The notes under the pieces were generated by a model. The model had not been told where the DNA came from. It saw nothing but the letters and a program-made list of their open reading frames with translations, and searched no databases. A stretch of DNA of 35,663 nt, taken from contig SKLK01000186.1 in assembly GCA_007123265.1 (NCBI GenBank), positions 1 through 35,663 on the forward strand, in the 5' to 3' direction. Of this stretch, positions 1 to 7,726 are shown one piece after another. Origin of the DNA: Kiritimatiellia bacterium (GTDB lineage: Bacteria > Verrucomicrobiota > Kiritimatiellia > SLAD01). Each line of letters opens with the position of its first letter. Positions within the stretch are counted from its first letter, which is position 1. Both the position numbers and the translations under genes were made by a program.

Positions 1-243
1 CAGCATGTCCTGCCCCGGGGCTTCCGGAAGGTCCGGCACTACGGTTTCCTCGCCCCGAACTTCGGCGTCTCGATCCAGCGCATCCGCGAGCTCATCTGCA
101 TGCTCTACGAAACGCTACGCGGATGGGCGCTGCGCGTGCCGGTTCATAAACCCTCCCGGCCCTTGACCTGCAAGGAGTGCGGCCACCGGTTGCGCTGGAT
201 GTGCTATATCCCGCGACAGCGGCCGCACCCGCTGCAAATCTAA
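1..243 (+). mobile_element. IS91-family (Y2, rolling-circle) transposase, 3' end only; the 5' part lies outside the window
   Basis: Frame 1 is open from base 1 and reads QHVLPRGFRKVRHYGFLAPNFGVSIQRIRELICMLYE...CKECGHRLRWMCYIPRQRPHPLQI, with stop TAA at 241-243. The HVLPxGFxKxRHYG block and Cys-containing tail resemble IS91/IS801/ISCR transposase C-termini. This is recognition from memory. Confidence 0.65.
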
Positions 244-341
244 CGGGGCGCATCATGCCCAAGCCCCGAACCGGGCTCCGCCGCCTGCTGCTTCAACATC
301 CGCAAGCCGCAGGCCCGCACCGGTCTGCCCACCCACCAAAA

Positions 342-386
342 AACCGCCTCTTTCCAGCCCCGCCAAGGCACTGGAAAGTGGCGGTT
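342..386. repeat. Imperfect inverted repeat about 100 nt downstream of the transposase stop; candidate IS91-type subterminal hairpin
   Basis: AACCGCC-T-CTTTCCAG (342-357) pairs with CTGGAAAG-T-GGCGGTT (371-386). That is 15 bp plus one T:T mismatch, with a 13-nt loop. Confidence 0.4.
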
Positions 387-537
387 CGGCCCATTCCGAC
401 CCGTTCAACCCGCGACCGAGGGGCCGCACCAGACGTCTCGACCTGTCCGCAGCCTCCCCCGCCGCGAACCTTTTCCCTATAGGGCGTTCGCCCAATCAGC
501 CGCCCTCTCCAAAACCAACCGCGGCTTCTTGAACCAG

Positions 538-592
538 GGATTAGTCACCGACCACTCGAAGACTCGTAGTCGGAACTAATCCTTGTTTTGTT
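538..592 (+). terminator. Hairpin plus T-rich run at the border between the GC-rich IS flank and the AT-richer islet
   Basis: GGATTAGT..CCGAC (538-552) pairs with GTCGG.ACTAATCC (569-582), followed by TTGTTTTGTT (583-592). The T-run is on the + strand only, so it would not terminate the minus-strand gene that ends at 599. Confidence 0.3.
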
Positions 593-598
593 CGCCAT

Positions 599-1519
599 TT
601 ATTCAGGCAAAATTCCATCCCACTCACCTTCTCGAATCACCTTTTCCTGCAAGAGCATGGGTTTTTCACTTGCAATGTCCACAAGTGCACCCGCAAAACG
701 CATAACCTTGTCGCGCACAAAGTCGACAAGTGAGCCTTCGGTTACAAAATCAATCAAGAACGATCCCTTGATTTTTTCCGAATCAAAATTACGCATTAAG
801 GATATATGGGGTACAGGTGTCGCAACTGGGTGGCTTTCACGTGAGTCTATATAGTAAAGCGGCCCCTTAACCACGACAACGGGAAAGAATAGTGCAACGT
901 GTCCCTTTGTATATTTCCGCATGTTGATTACAGATGTGCGCTCAGACGTGACAGCCTTGACAAGTGGATAAACCAGGGACTCATATACTCCGCCGTGATT
1001 TGCTTCTATTTTTTTACCGTTACGGCAAATGCGGCAAAACTGCACCGCCTTATCATCTCGACTATAGAAGTAGTGATGTCTAGAGAGATTCAAATGCCTC
1101 CAAGGAGGATCACACCATACTCGGCGCTGATTGGGCTCCGTACACGGCTGTTCCTTTTCATAATCATCGAACGGAAATACATATTCGAGGGGGACATGAT
1201 GCTTGTCTGCCTTGCTCTTATTGCGACCTATGAATACCAAGGGAGCAGTGCTGTTTTTGCACTCACATAATAGCTGAATCGCTATGGCTGTCCCAACTTC
1301 ACGATTCTGATAAGGCATTAAGAAGGCGTGTACATCCAATTCTCTGGACGTCCCTTGGTCCTGATCCCGAAATGCCCAATTCGTAGAAACAACAAAACCC
1401 TCATCTTCAAGTAGGGACGCGACCTCCTGCTCCATGAGATAGCCGGAGTTCGTGACCGATTCAATAATCTGCTCAGGTGTTAGCTCTTCTGTCATATCGT
1501 TATTTGGCGAACACGTCAC
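599..1519 (-). CDS. Hypothetical protein with an N-terminal PD-(D/E)xK (restriction-endonuclease-like) motif set; the ~200-aa C-terminal part is unrecognised
   Basis: The ORF has 306 codons, starting at GTG 1519, which is preceded by GAAGGTGAGCC. The first ATG at 1495 would give 298 aa. E32 (MEQEVASLL), D62 (SRELDVHAF) and E86-x-K88 (LLCECKNS) are in the order and spacing of PD-(D/E)xK cores. Hand counts of a few 60-nt lines give about 42-53% GC, against clearly above 60% in the core operon lines. Confidence 0.55.
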   Translation of the reverse strand: MTCSPNNDMTEELTPEQIIESVTNSGYLMEQEVASLLEDEGFVVSTNWAFRDQDQGTSRELDVHAFLMPYQNREVGTAIAIQLLCECKNSTAPLVFIGRNKSKADKHHVPLEYVFPFDDYEKEQPCTEPNQRRVWCDPPWRHLNLSRHHYFYSRDDKAVQFCRICRNGKKIEANHGGVYESLVYPLVKAVTSERTSVINMRKYTKGHVALFFPVVVVKGPLYYIDSRESHPVATPVPHISLMRNFDSEKIKGSFLIDFVTEGSLVDFVRDKVMRFAGALVDIASEKPMLLQEKVIREGEWDGILPE

Positions 1520-1568
1520 GGCTCACCTTCGGTTGGCCCGTCTGCGGGTCAACCGTAATGGTGCAGCC
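1520..1568 (-). other. Two-tier stem-loop in the conserved 64-nt tail 3' of PEP-CTERM gene A (copy A)
   Basis: Outer arms are GGCTCACC (1520-1527) and GGTGCAGCC (1560-1568, one bulge). Inner arms are CGGTTGGCCCG (1530-1540) and CGGGTCAACCG (1545-1555), with loop TCTG. No U-run follows on the transcribed strand. Confidence 0.45.
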
Positions 1569-1573
1569 GATTG

Positions 1574-2209
1574 TTAGCGGACATTTCTTGAATGTCGATT
1601 GAAAGACAGCAGGCCAAGCCCTCCTGCAAGAAGCAGCACGAGCGTGCTTGGTTCTGGAATGGCTCCCGCGATTATAGGCATGCCTGACGTTGATGCATAT
1701 GCCCACCCATGAATCTCCCCATAGGCGAAATCCTCCGCGACAAGAAGATTGATCCATCCGTAATGGATATTGCCATCGATAATGAACTCAATACCCATAT
1801 ACGCATGATGGCCACGAAAATTTCCTGAACTCCCGGAGGAGAGCCAGACACCAAGAGTGGAGAAATGATTATGATCTGCACCGAACCACATAAGACCATC
1901 TGCAAGGCTCATGCCAATTTCGTAATCGGGATAAAGCGGTTCTATAGGACCACCTATGTTAGGCGGAGGTGAAGGTGCAATAACATATCGGTTCTGGCCC
2001 TCTGAACGCAAACCAAGAAACGAGTCGTCCGAGCCAAACACGTAATCATAAACTCCACTGCCATCGATATCCAAGGGAACTTGAGTAGACCACATCCCTC
2101 CCGAAAACAGGGTAATAGGTTCATCAAGCCAATTGACGATGATGCTTGCAAAAGCTGGCGACAACGCCGCCAGCCACATGCAAAAAGCGTATAGACAGAC
2201 TCGGCGCAT
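1574..2209 (-). CDS. Small secreted PEP-CTERM-anchored protein, paralog A (intact)
   Basis: The signal-like N-terminus is MRRVCLYAFCMWLAALSPAFA. A Ca-binding/FG-GAP-like motif LDIDGSGVYDY is present. The C-terminus is IPEPSTLVLLLAGGLGLLSFNRHSRNVR, i.e. PEP motif + hydrophobic helix + basic tail. The ATG (2207-2209) overlaps the upstream peptidase stop as TAATG. The longer ORF to 2314 was rejected because it runs into the peptidase gene. Confidence 0.8.
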   Translation of the reverse strand: MRRVCLYAFCMWLAALSPAFASIIVNWLDEPITLFSGGMWSTQVPLDIDGSGVYDYVFGSDDSFLGLRSEGQNRYVIAPSPPPNIGGPIEPLYPDYEIGMSLADGLMWFGADHNHFSTLGVWLSSGSSGNFRGHHAYMGIEFIIDGNIHYGWINLLVAEDFAYGEIHGWAYASTSGMPIIAGAIPEPSTLVLLLAGGLGLLSFNRHSRNVR

Positions 2210-4686
2210 TATGGAGTTTCCCGCCTCAACCGCCAGAACCAAAGTTCCCCGTCCGTGTCCAGCAGAACCGCGTTCGTGACGGATTCCGTGACCACTTGGC
2301 CCACCGTATTCCAAGTCTGTGGTTCGTTCAAATCGGTCGTGGATTCCAAGAGAAGGTACGCGCCTGGATTGGATTCAAATGTCAGCAGGATTTCATCTCC
2401 CGAAGGTTCAATTTCTAACCGCGTCGAACGCGGTGGAATGGGAATGTCGCCGGACGAGATGACCGAGACCCATTGTGCCGTTGGCGAGGGGCCGCCGGAA
2501 TGCCCGCCCGCATTTGCAACCGTGATGAGATAATACCCAGCGTCCGGCTCGGCAATATAGACCTGTTCGACGTTGTTGCGGTCGTCGTATCCCGTGGTGG
2601 CCGGAGCCGAACGGGTCGCCTCGGTCTTGTTCGTAAGGTCGGGATCGAGTATCCAAGGCATCCATGTTTGAGTCTGCGCTTGGTTCTGGATGGTCAGGTC
2701 AAGGTTGTTGACCAACATCGGAGTTGGGTCATCGACAAGCAATGCTGTTGAGGGTTGGCCCGGAGGGTCGCTCCATGCAATGGTAACTTTTAACGGTTCC
2801 GATCCATCCGAATACACTTTCCATGAGATAGATTCGTGAACTCCTACAAACAACTCTTTTATGTGTGATCCACGACCATGAAATGCATCCAATTCAACTT
2901 GGCGAACAAGAGAAATGGCATTAAAGAGTCCCCACCCAGTAAGGAAGGAAGGGCCTGGATATCCGATATCATCCGCCGTATGTATGGCCAGTGCCTTGAG
3001 TGTTGAACCTCGCCACGCATCTACGTCTGAATCAAGAGATGGGAATAATTGACCTCTGCGTTGCAACATCAAGCCGATTCCAGCGGTAACAGCAGGTGCA
3101 GCAAGACTTGTGCCACTCAACGCCTGCAGATCGCTATCGTTGTCATGAAGAGGTGTTACAAGTCCAGGCATACCGCGGAGTGCAACATCCGCTTCACCCA
3201 CCGCGACAATATCGGGCTTGATCCGTCCGTCATCGGTAGGCCCCGCTGCGCTCCATGACGAAAGAGTGACAACCGAGTTCGTCGAATAACCCCACGTTAT
3301 TTGGTTGCCATCGGTGTGGAATACGTCGAGAACAGACCCCACAGTAAGCACATTTTTTGCTGTCCCGGGAGGGATGACGGTATCAAAACCATAAGTGGAC
3401 CCGTCGCCATTGCGCCAAAGGCGACTATTATAGGGTGGATTGATAACCGGCACCCAATTCGTACCGACAGGGATTAAGTAATTGACATTCGTGCCGGGTC
3501 CGACAAGGCGATCATTTCCTGCGGCGAAAATCAACAAGTGTCGCGCAGCTTCTATGGAAAGAAATAAATCGAGTTGAGTGCAGCCATATCCTGCGGTCAG
3601 ATCAGGCGAATATGCTCCAAATTTTGGTTCTTCAAGAATGAAAGGATCTCCCCACCAACTCCACACGCCAGGGACAGGTGTATTTGGCTGCCATCCAGAT
3701 GGATGGCCATAGGAGTGATTGGACAATCGTAACCCTGGGACATTTGCCTCTCCAGCAGCGGCATCGGATAATTCAGAGTAGAATTCGTTGATGTCGTAAG
3801 CATCGACATAAGCTTCATACGCCACACCTCGCGCGAGTTTTCCGGGTGCTAACCACGGCAATTCAACAACACCGCCAGCTGCCATTGTTCCGGCTACACC
3901 TGTTGCATGATAATCCGGCGAGATCGGATTATCGGGATTATTATCAACCTGAACAACTCTCCCTTGGAATTCGGAGTGCGATTCGCGAACAGCCCCGTCG
4001 ACTTCCCAGAGCCCAAGTGTCACACCCGCTCCCGTCAACTCTAGTCCAGTACTGCCAGCGGGCCAAGGTGTCGAGTTCGTGGGCCATAGCTGATCAGAAC
4101 CGATAGAAGCACCCGCAATCTGATTAAGGCTCCTCAACCATAATGGATGCCCATCAATTTCACCGACCAAAACAGCCGACCGTCCCCCACCAATGCTTAT
4201 GACACGGCTCGTGGTATGCTTTTGAGCTAGCGCTTCCAGCTGCGCTTCTATCAGGTGCTGTGTAGCTAAACGCTCATCGGCGATTGCAAGCAATCGCGCT
4301 TTCTCTTGACGCGCTATCTTTGTGCGATAATCTCGGGCTTCTTCATTGTTGGGGCGTACCAGTGTTCGTAGGTAGGGCTTTGCGGCATCGCCCCGCTGCT
4401 GCCAACGCGTCTCCGCTTTCAGGCGTGCGGCGGTGTCGCGCACGACAGCATAAGCGCGTTGCGCTGAATAGTCGATAAAGTCATCACGTCTAGGCGGATC
4501 GCCCGGCGGCGGGATACCCGCCTCTTCGTGTACTTTCGCAAGCCGCTCCCAAGCAGCCTGCGCCGATTGGTAGGCTTGTTCATCTGCGGATGACAGGGTG
4601 ATCCCGTCGCTTGCATGTGACCATGTACTTGCCAGTCCGACTAGAAGACAGACCAACCATATGACGCTTGCGGTATACTTTTGCAT
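2209..4686 (-). CDS. Secreted subtilisin-like serine peptidase (S8) with a P-domain-like C-terminal beta-sandwich region, paralog A (intact)
   Basis: Start was chosen at MQKYTASVIWLVCLLVGLASTWSHA (signal peptide, preceded by GAAAGGAAAGGG). S8 motifs appear in order: D in GLWEVDGAV, H in YHATGVAGT, oxyanion N in LSNHSYG, S in SGTSLAAPAVTAG. These are followed by WSDPPG...LVNNLDL...NNVEQVYI, as in proprotein-convertase P-domains. Confidence 0.85.
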   Translation of the reverse strand: MQKYTASVIWLVCLLVGLASTWSHASDGITLSSADEQAYQSAQAAWERLAKVHEEAGIPPPGDPPRRDDFIDYSAQRAYAVVRDTAARLKAETRWQQRGDAAKPYLRTLVRPNNEEARDYRTKIARQEKARLLAIADERLATQHLIEAQLEALAQKHTTSRVISIGGGRSAVLVGEIDGHPLWLRSLNQIAGASIGSDQLWPTNSTPWPAGSTGLELTGAGVTLGLWEVDGAVRESHSEFQGRVVQVDNNPDNPISPDYHATGVAGTMAAGGVVELPWLAPGKLARGVAYEAYVDAYDINEFYSELSDAAAGEANVPGLRLSNHSYGHPSGWQPNTPVPGVWSWWGDPFILEEPKFGAYSPDLTAGYGCTQLDLFLSIEAARHLLIFAAGNDRLVGPGTNVNYLIPVGTNWVPVINPPYNSRLWRNGDGSTYGFDTVIPPGTAKNVLTVGSVLDVFHTDGNQITWGYSTNSVVTLSSWSAAGPTDDGRIKPDIVAVGEADVALRGMPGLVTPLHDNDSDLQALSGTSLAAPAVTAGIGLMLQRRGQLFPSLDSDVDAWRGSTLKALAIHTADDIGYPGPSFLTGWGLFNAISLVRQVELDAFHGRGSHIKELFVGVHESISWKVYSDGSEPLKVTIAWSDPPGQPSTALLVDDPTPMLVNNLDLTIQNQAQTQTWMPWILDPDLTNKTEATRSAPATTGYDDRNNVEQVYIAEPDAGYYLITVANAGGHSGGPSPTAQWVSVISSGDIPIPPRSTRLEIEPSGDEILLTFESNPGAYLLLESTTDLNEPQTWNTVGQVVTESVTNAVLLDTDGELWFWRLRRETP

Positions 4687-4766
4687 TGCCCTTTCCTTTC
4701 TGCAGAGGATACACCAACGACCATCGCCAGTGTACCGGTTCCTTCTTCTTTCCGCTAACACGTCTC

Positions 4767-4815
4767 GGCTCACCTTCGGTTGACCCGTCTGCGGGTCAAC
4801 CGTAATGGTGCAGCC
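4767..4815 (-). other. Two-tier stem-loop in the conserved 64-nt tail 3' of PEP-CTERM gene B (copy B)
   Basis: Outer arms are GGCTCACC (4767-4774) and GGTGCAGCC (4807-4815). Inner arms form a perfect 11-bp stem, CGGTTGACCCG (4777-4787) with CGGGTCAACCG (4792-4802), and loop TCTG. Confidence 0.45.
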
Positions 4816-4820
4816 GATGG

Positions 4821-5465
4821 TTAGCGGATATTTCTGGATCGCGATTTGGCAAGCAACAGGCCAAGACCTCCCATAACAATCAGTAGCAGCGTGCTTGGTT
4901 CCGGGATTGCTCCGGCAAGTATACCCATACCGGGTGTGCTTTCATAAGCCCAACCATAAACGGTTATATGCGGGAGTGATGCGTCGCCCTCGACATCAAT
5001 CCATCCGTAATGCGTATCTTCGCCTATCTGGAATTCGATGCCAATGTAAGCACGGATACCCTAAAACTCACCAACTCGACCAGTGTCGTACTGTGTCATC
5101 AATGGCGCCCAGCTGGTGTGATTAAACCAGTCCATGCTGGCATCGCCGCTATCAGGCCCGATAAAAAAGCCCTCATTCAAAGCAGCAACAACCCCTCCGA
5201 TATTTGGGGGAGGGTCAGGAATGATCAAATAGCGGGTGATTCCCTCAGATCGAAAACCGGCTGAGGTGCTAAACTGATCGCCCCAAAAGGAAAAATCGGC
5301 CACACCATCGCCATCAATATCTACTGGCTGAGGAGTGAACGGATTCCACCAACCGCCCACTTCAATCGGTTGATCCAGCCATGTGACGATTATGCTACCC
5401 CGGCATACGAGAGTGCTGGCCATAATAACGGCAGAGATCACTAGAAAACGTGCCGGGGTACTCAC
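4821..5465 (-). pseudogene. PEP-CTERM protein paralog B, interrupted by an in-frame TAG (complement of 5061-5063)
   Basis: A GTG start (5463-5465) lies 2 nt after the peptidase-B stop and gives MSTPARFLVISAVIMASTLVCRG. The frame continues ...YDTGRVGEF*GIRAYIGIEFQIGEDTHYGWIDVEG...GAIPEPSTLLLIVMGGLGLLLAKSRSRNIR, with stop at 4821-4823. The span is 645 nt = 215 codons and codon 135 is TAG. The sequence is collinear with paralog A on both sides of the stop. Confidence 0.7.
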
Positions 5466-5467
5466 GG

Positions 5468-7093
5468 TTAGTCTCCCGTTTCCCGTCTGATTCGCCAGAA
5501 GCGTACTTCTTCGCCGGAATCGACAAACACCATGTTGGTATTGCCGACGGTGGTAAAGGCTCCATCGGCTTGCCATGCACCGGAGAGCAGATTCGTCGTC
5601 GATTCAAGCAACAGATATGCACCGGGATCGGATACTACTGTGATAAGATGTGTTCCATTGGTCGGCGTTTGCTCAAAATGAACAACTGCGGGGCTTAACG
5701 GCGTATCGCCGGACGTTGCAACGGAAACCCACTGATCCGAAGGGGTTTGGCCACCCGCTGTCCCCCCCTCATGGGCAAGAACAATGCGATAGAGTCCAGG
5801 AGTCGGATTGGCAATGTACACTTGCTCCACGTTATTGCGGTCATCTATGCCGGTGGTCGCATTCGCATTTCGATTGCTTTCCGATTGATTTATAAGGTCT
5901 GGATCAAGTACCCAAGGACGAAAGATTTGCATCCCATCTTCCGACTCAACCCAGAGATCAATATTATTAACCAGCATCGGTGTTGGATCGTCATGATATC
6001 CGGTCGGAATTCCCGGGGGATCGTTCCACGCTGTTGTAACTTTGAAGGGCGATCCATCCAAATCAACGAGCCATGAATTAGTGGCACCAACGGCCAGTTC
6101 CAGTTCTTTTAGATGAGTTCCGCGCCCGTCTTGAGCATCCAGTTCAACCTGCATGACTGCTGAAACCGCGTTGAACAGCCCCCATCCGCTCTGATAGTCA
6201 GGGCCGGGATTAAGAATGTCGTCAGCGGTATGGATGGCCAGCACCTTGAGAGTAGAACTGCGCCACGCATCAAGCGAAGGATCAAGATTCGGGAAAAGCT
6301 GGTTCCGACGCTGCAAACAAAGGCCGAGGCCTGCTGTGACAGATGGAGCGGCAAAACTTGTTCCCGAATAGTTGGTCGAATAATCACCTGTGTGGTCCGG
6401 GGTTACGATGCCATAAGAGCGTACTGCGGGATCGGCCCGTCCAACTGCAACAATATCCGGCTTAATACGACCGTCGTCGGTGGGACCACAACCGCTGAAC
6501 GAGGAAAGTGTAACCGTCGAGTTAGAGGAAAACCCCCACTGCGGATTGCCGCCGACATCGTGGTATACATCCAGAACCGAGCCGACGGTCAAAACATTTT
6601 TGCTGGTTCCCGGAGGCTTGACCGTATCGAACCCGTAAGTGTCACCATCACCAATACGCCAATCTTTGTCATTTGCTGGCGGGTTTAATACCAGATGCCA
6701 TGCCCCTGCTAATCTGTAGAAGTAAGATACCGGTTGTTGTGGCCCGAAGAATCGGTCATTCCCGGCGGAATACACAAGCAAATGTCGGAGCGCATTGGTT
6801 GATATAAAGCCGTCCAGTTGCGCGCTGCCCCAGCCATCGATAACATCCGGGAGATACAATCCACAAGTTGGGTCCTCATAGAACGCTGGATGCTGGCGCC
6901 ATACATACCACCAATTGTAGAAGGCGTTGGTATTACCTTCATACAAATAAACATCAATATAATCGATGTCCCATGCGGACGCTATTCCGTACGAATGATT
7001 GGAAATACGAAGGCCAGGACTGTTTGTCGTGTCGAGGGACGCGTCCGCAATTTCAGACTCAAAGAAGGTCGTCGTGAAAGCATCGACAGGCAA
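5468..7093 (-). pseudogene. S8 peptidase paralog B, 5'-truncated; it lacks the signal peptide, pro-region and catalytic Asp and His
   Basis: Similarity to paralog A begins at VDAFTTTFFESEIADASLDTTNSPGLRISNHSYG (compare AYVDAYDINEFYSELSDAAAGEANVPGLRLSNHSYG). SGTSFAAPSVTAG and the P-domain-like part are retained. An in-frame TGA lies 3 codons upstream of the TTG at 7093. Upstream DNA is repeat sequence and then the + strand gene at 7727, which leaves no room for the missing ~330 codons. Confidence 0.65.
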
Positions 7094-7210
7094 CAGGCGT
7101 CAGTCCCCGGATTTGGGTATAGTCGAAGAGGTCGTGGCGACTTGGCGAGAGAATAGAATGGGGCCAATTAGAAGCGGTAGGGACAGAGAAACCATTGTCC
7201 ACCCCCCAGG

Positions 7211-7618
7211 GCCGAGCTGGGGCTCGGCGTTCCCGGCGTGGTGGGAACGAGGAGATTGGGAGTGTGCAGGGAAGTCCAAAGCGGCGCGCAGCGCCGCAGT
7301 CCAAAGGGGCCGGACACGCGACTCAAAAAGCAGATGCGGGGCCGAGCGCAACACCGCGATCGGTCATGACTGGCGCGTGACCCACGCGACCCTTTTGGCC
7401 AACGCACACCACGAGAACCAAGCGCCTCTCAAAGGTCAGGCAGGAATGCCTGACCTACGGAGAGTCCGCCAATCAGCGTGGGCGGCCGACAACACAGCGT
7501 CACCTGTGAAAAACATGGATGCATGCCCGTTTGTAGTACCGCCTTTAGGCGGTCAGCTGTGTGGGACGCTATAAAACATGCCGAGCTGGGGCTCGGCGTT
7601 CCCGGGGTGGTGGGAGCG
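7211..7618. repeat. Mosaic of short GC-rich palindromic (REP-like) repeat units
   Basis: GCCGAGCTGGGGCTCGGCGTTCCCGG(C/G)GTGGTGGGA occurs at 7211-7249 and 7580-7618 and contains the hairpin GCCGAGC-TGGG-GCTCGGC. Other units are GCGGCGC-GCA-GCGCCGC flanked by TCCAAAG (7275-7307), a perfect hairpin AGGTCAGGCA-GGAA-TGCCTGACCT (7433-7456), and ACCGCC-TTTA-GGCGGT (7538-7553). Confidence 0.75.
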
Positions 7619-7726
7619 GAGAATTGAAAGAGCGAAGCTGGACCCACAGGGGGCGGTGATTAAGTTATTGCCGCCCCTTTCGATCTCCTTGCCCCCAGCC
7701 CGGCGCTTTTGTAGCATTTCAGGACG

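Noticed and set aside
177-495. ORFs 177-482 (+) and 253-495 (-) downstream of the transposase stop.
   Set aside because: The translations are Pro/Arg/Ala-rich, the ORFs overlap each other, they lie in the hairpin-containing IS flank, and ORF 177-482 overlaps the transposase 3' end out of frame.
899-1270. ORF 899-1270 (+), antisense to the nuclease-like gene.
   Set aside because: It is shorter than the opposing ORF and fully contained in it. It has no motif and no start context support.
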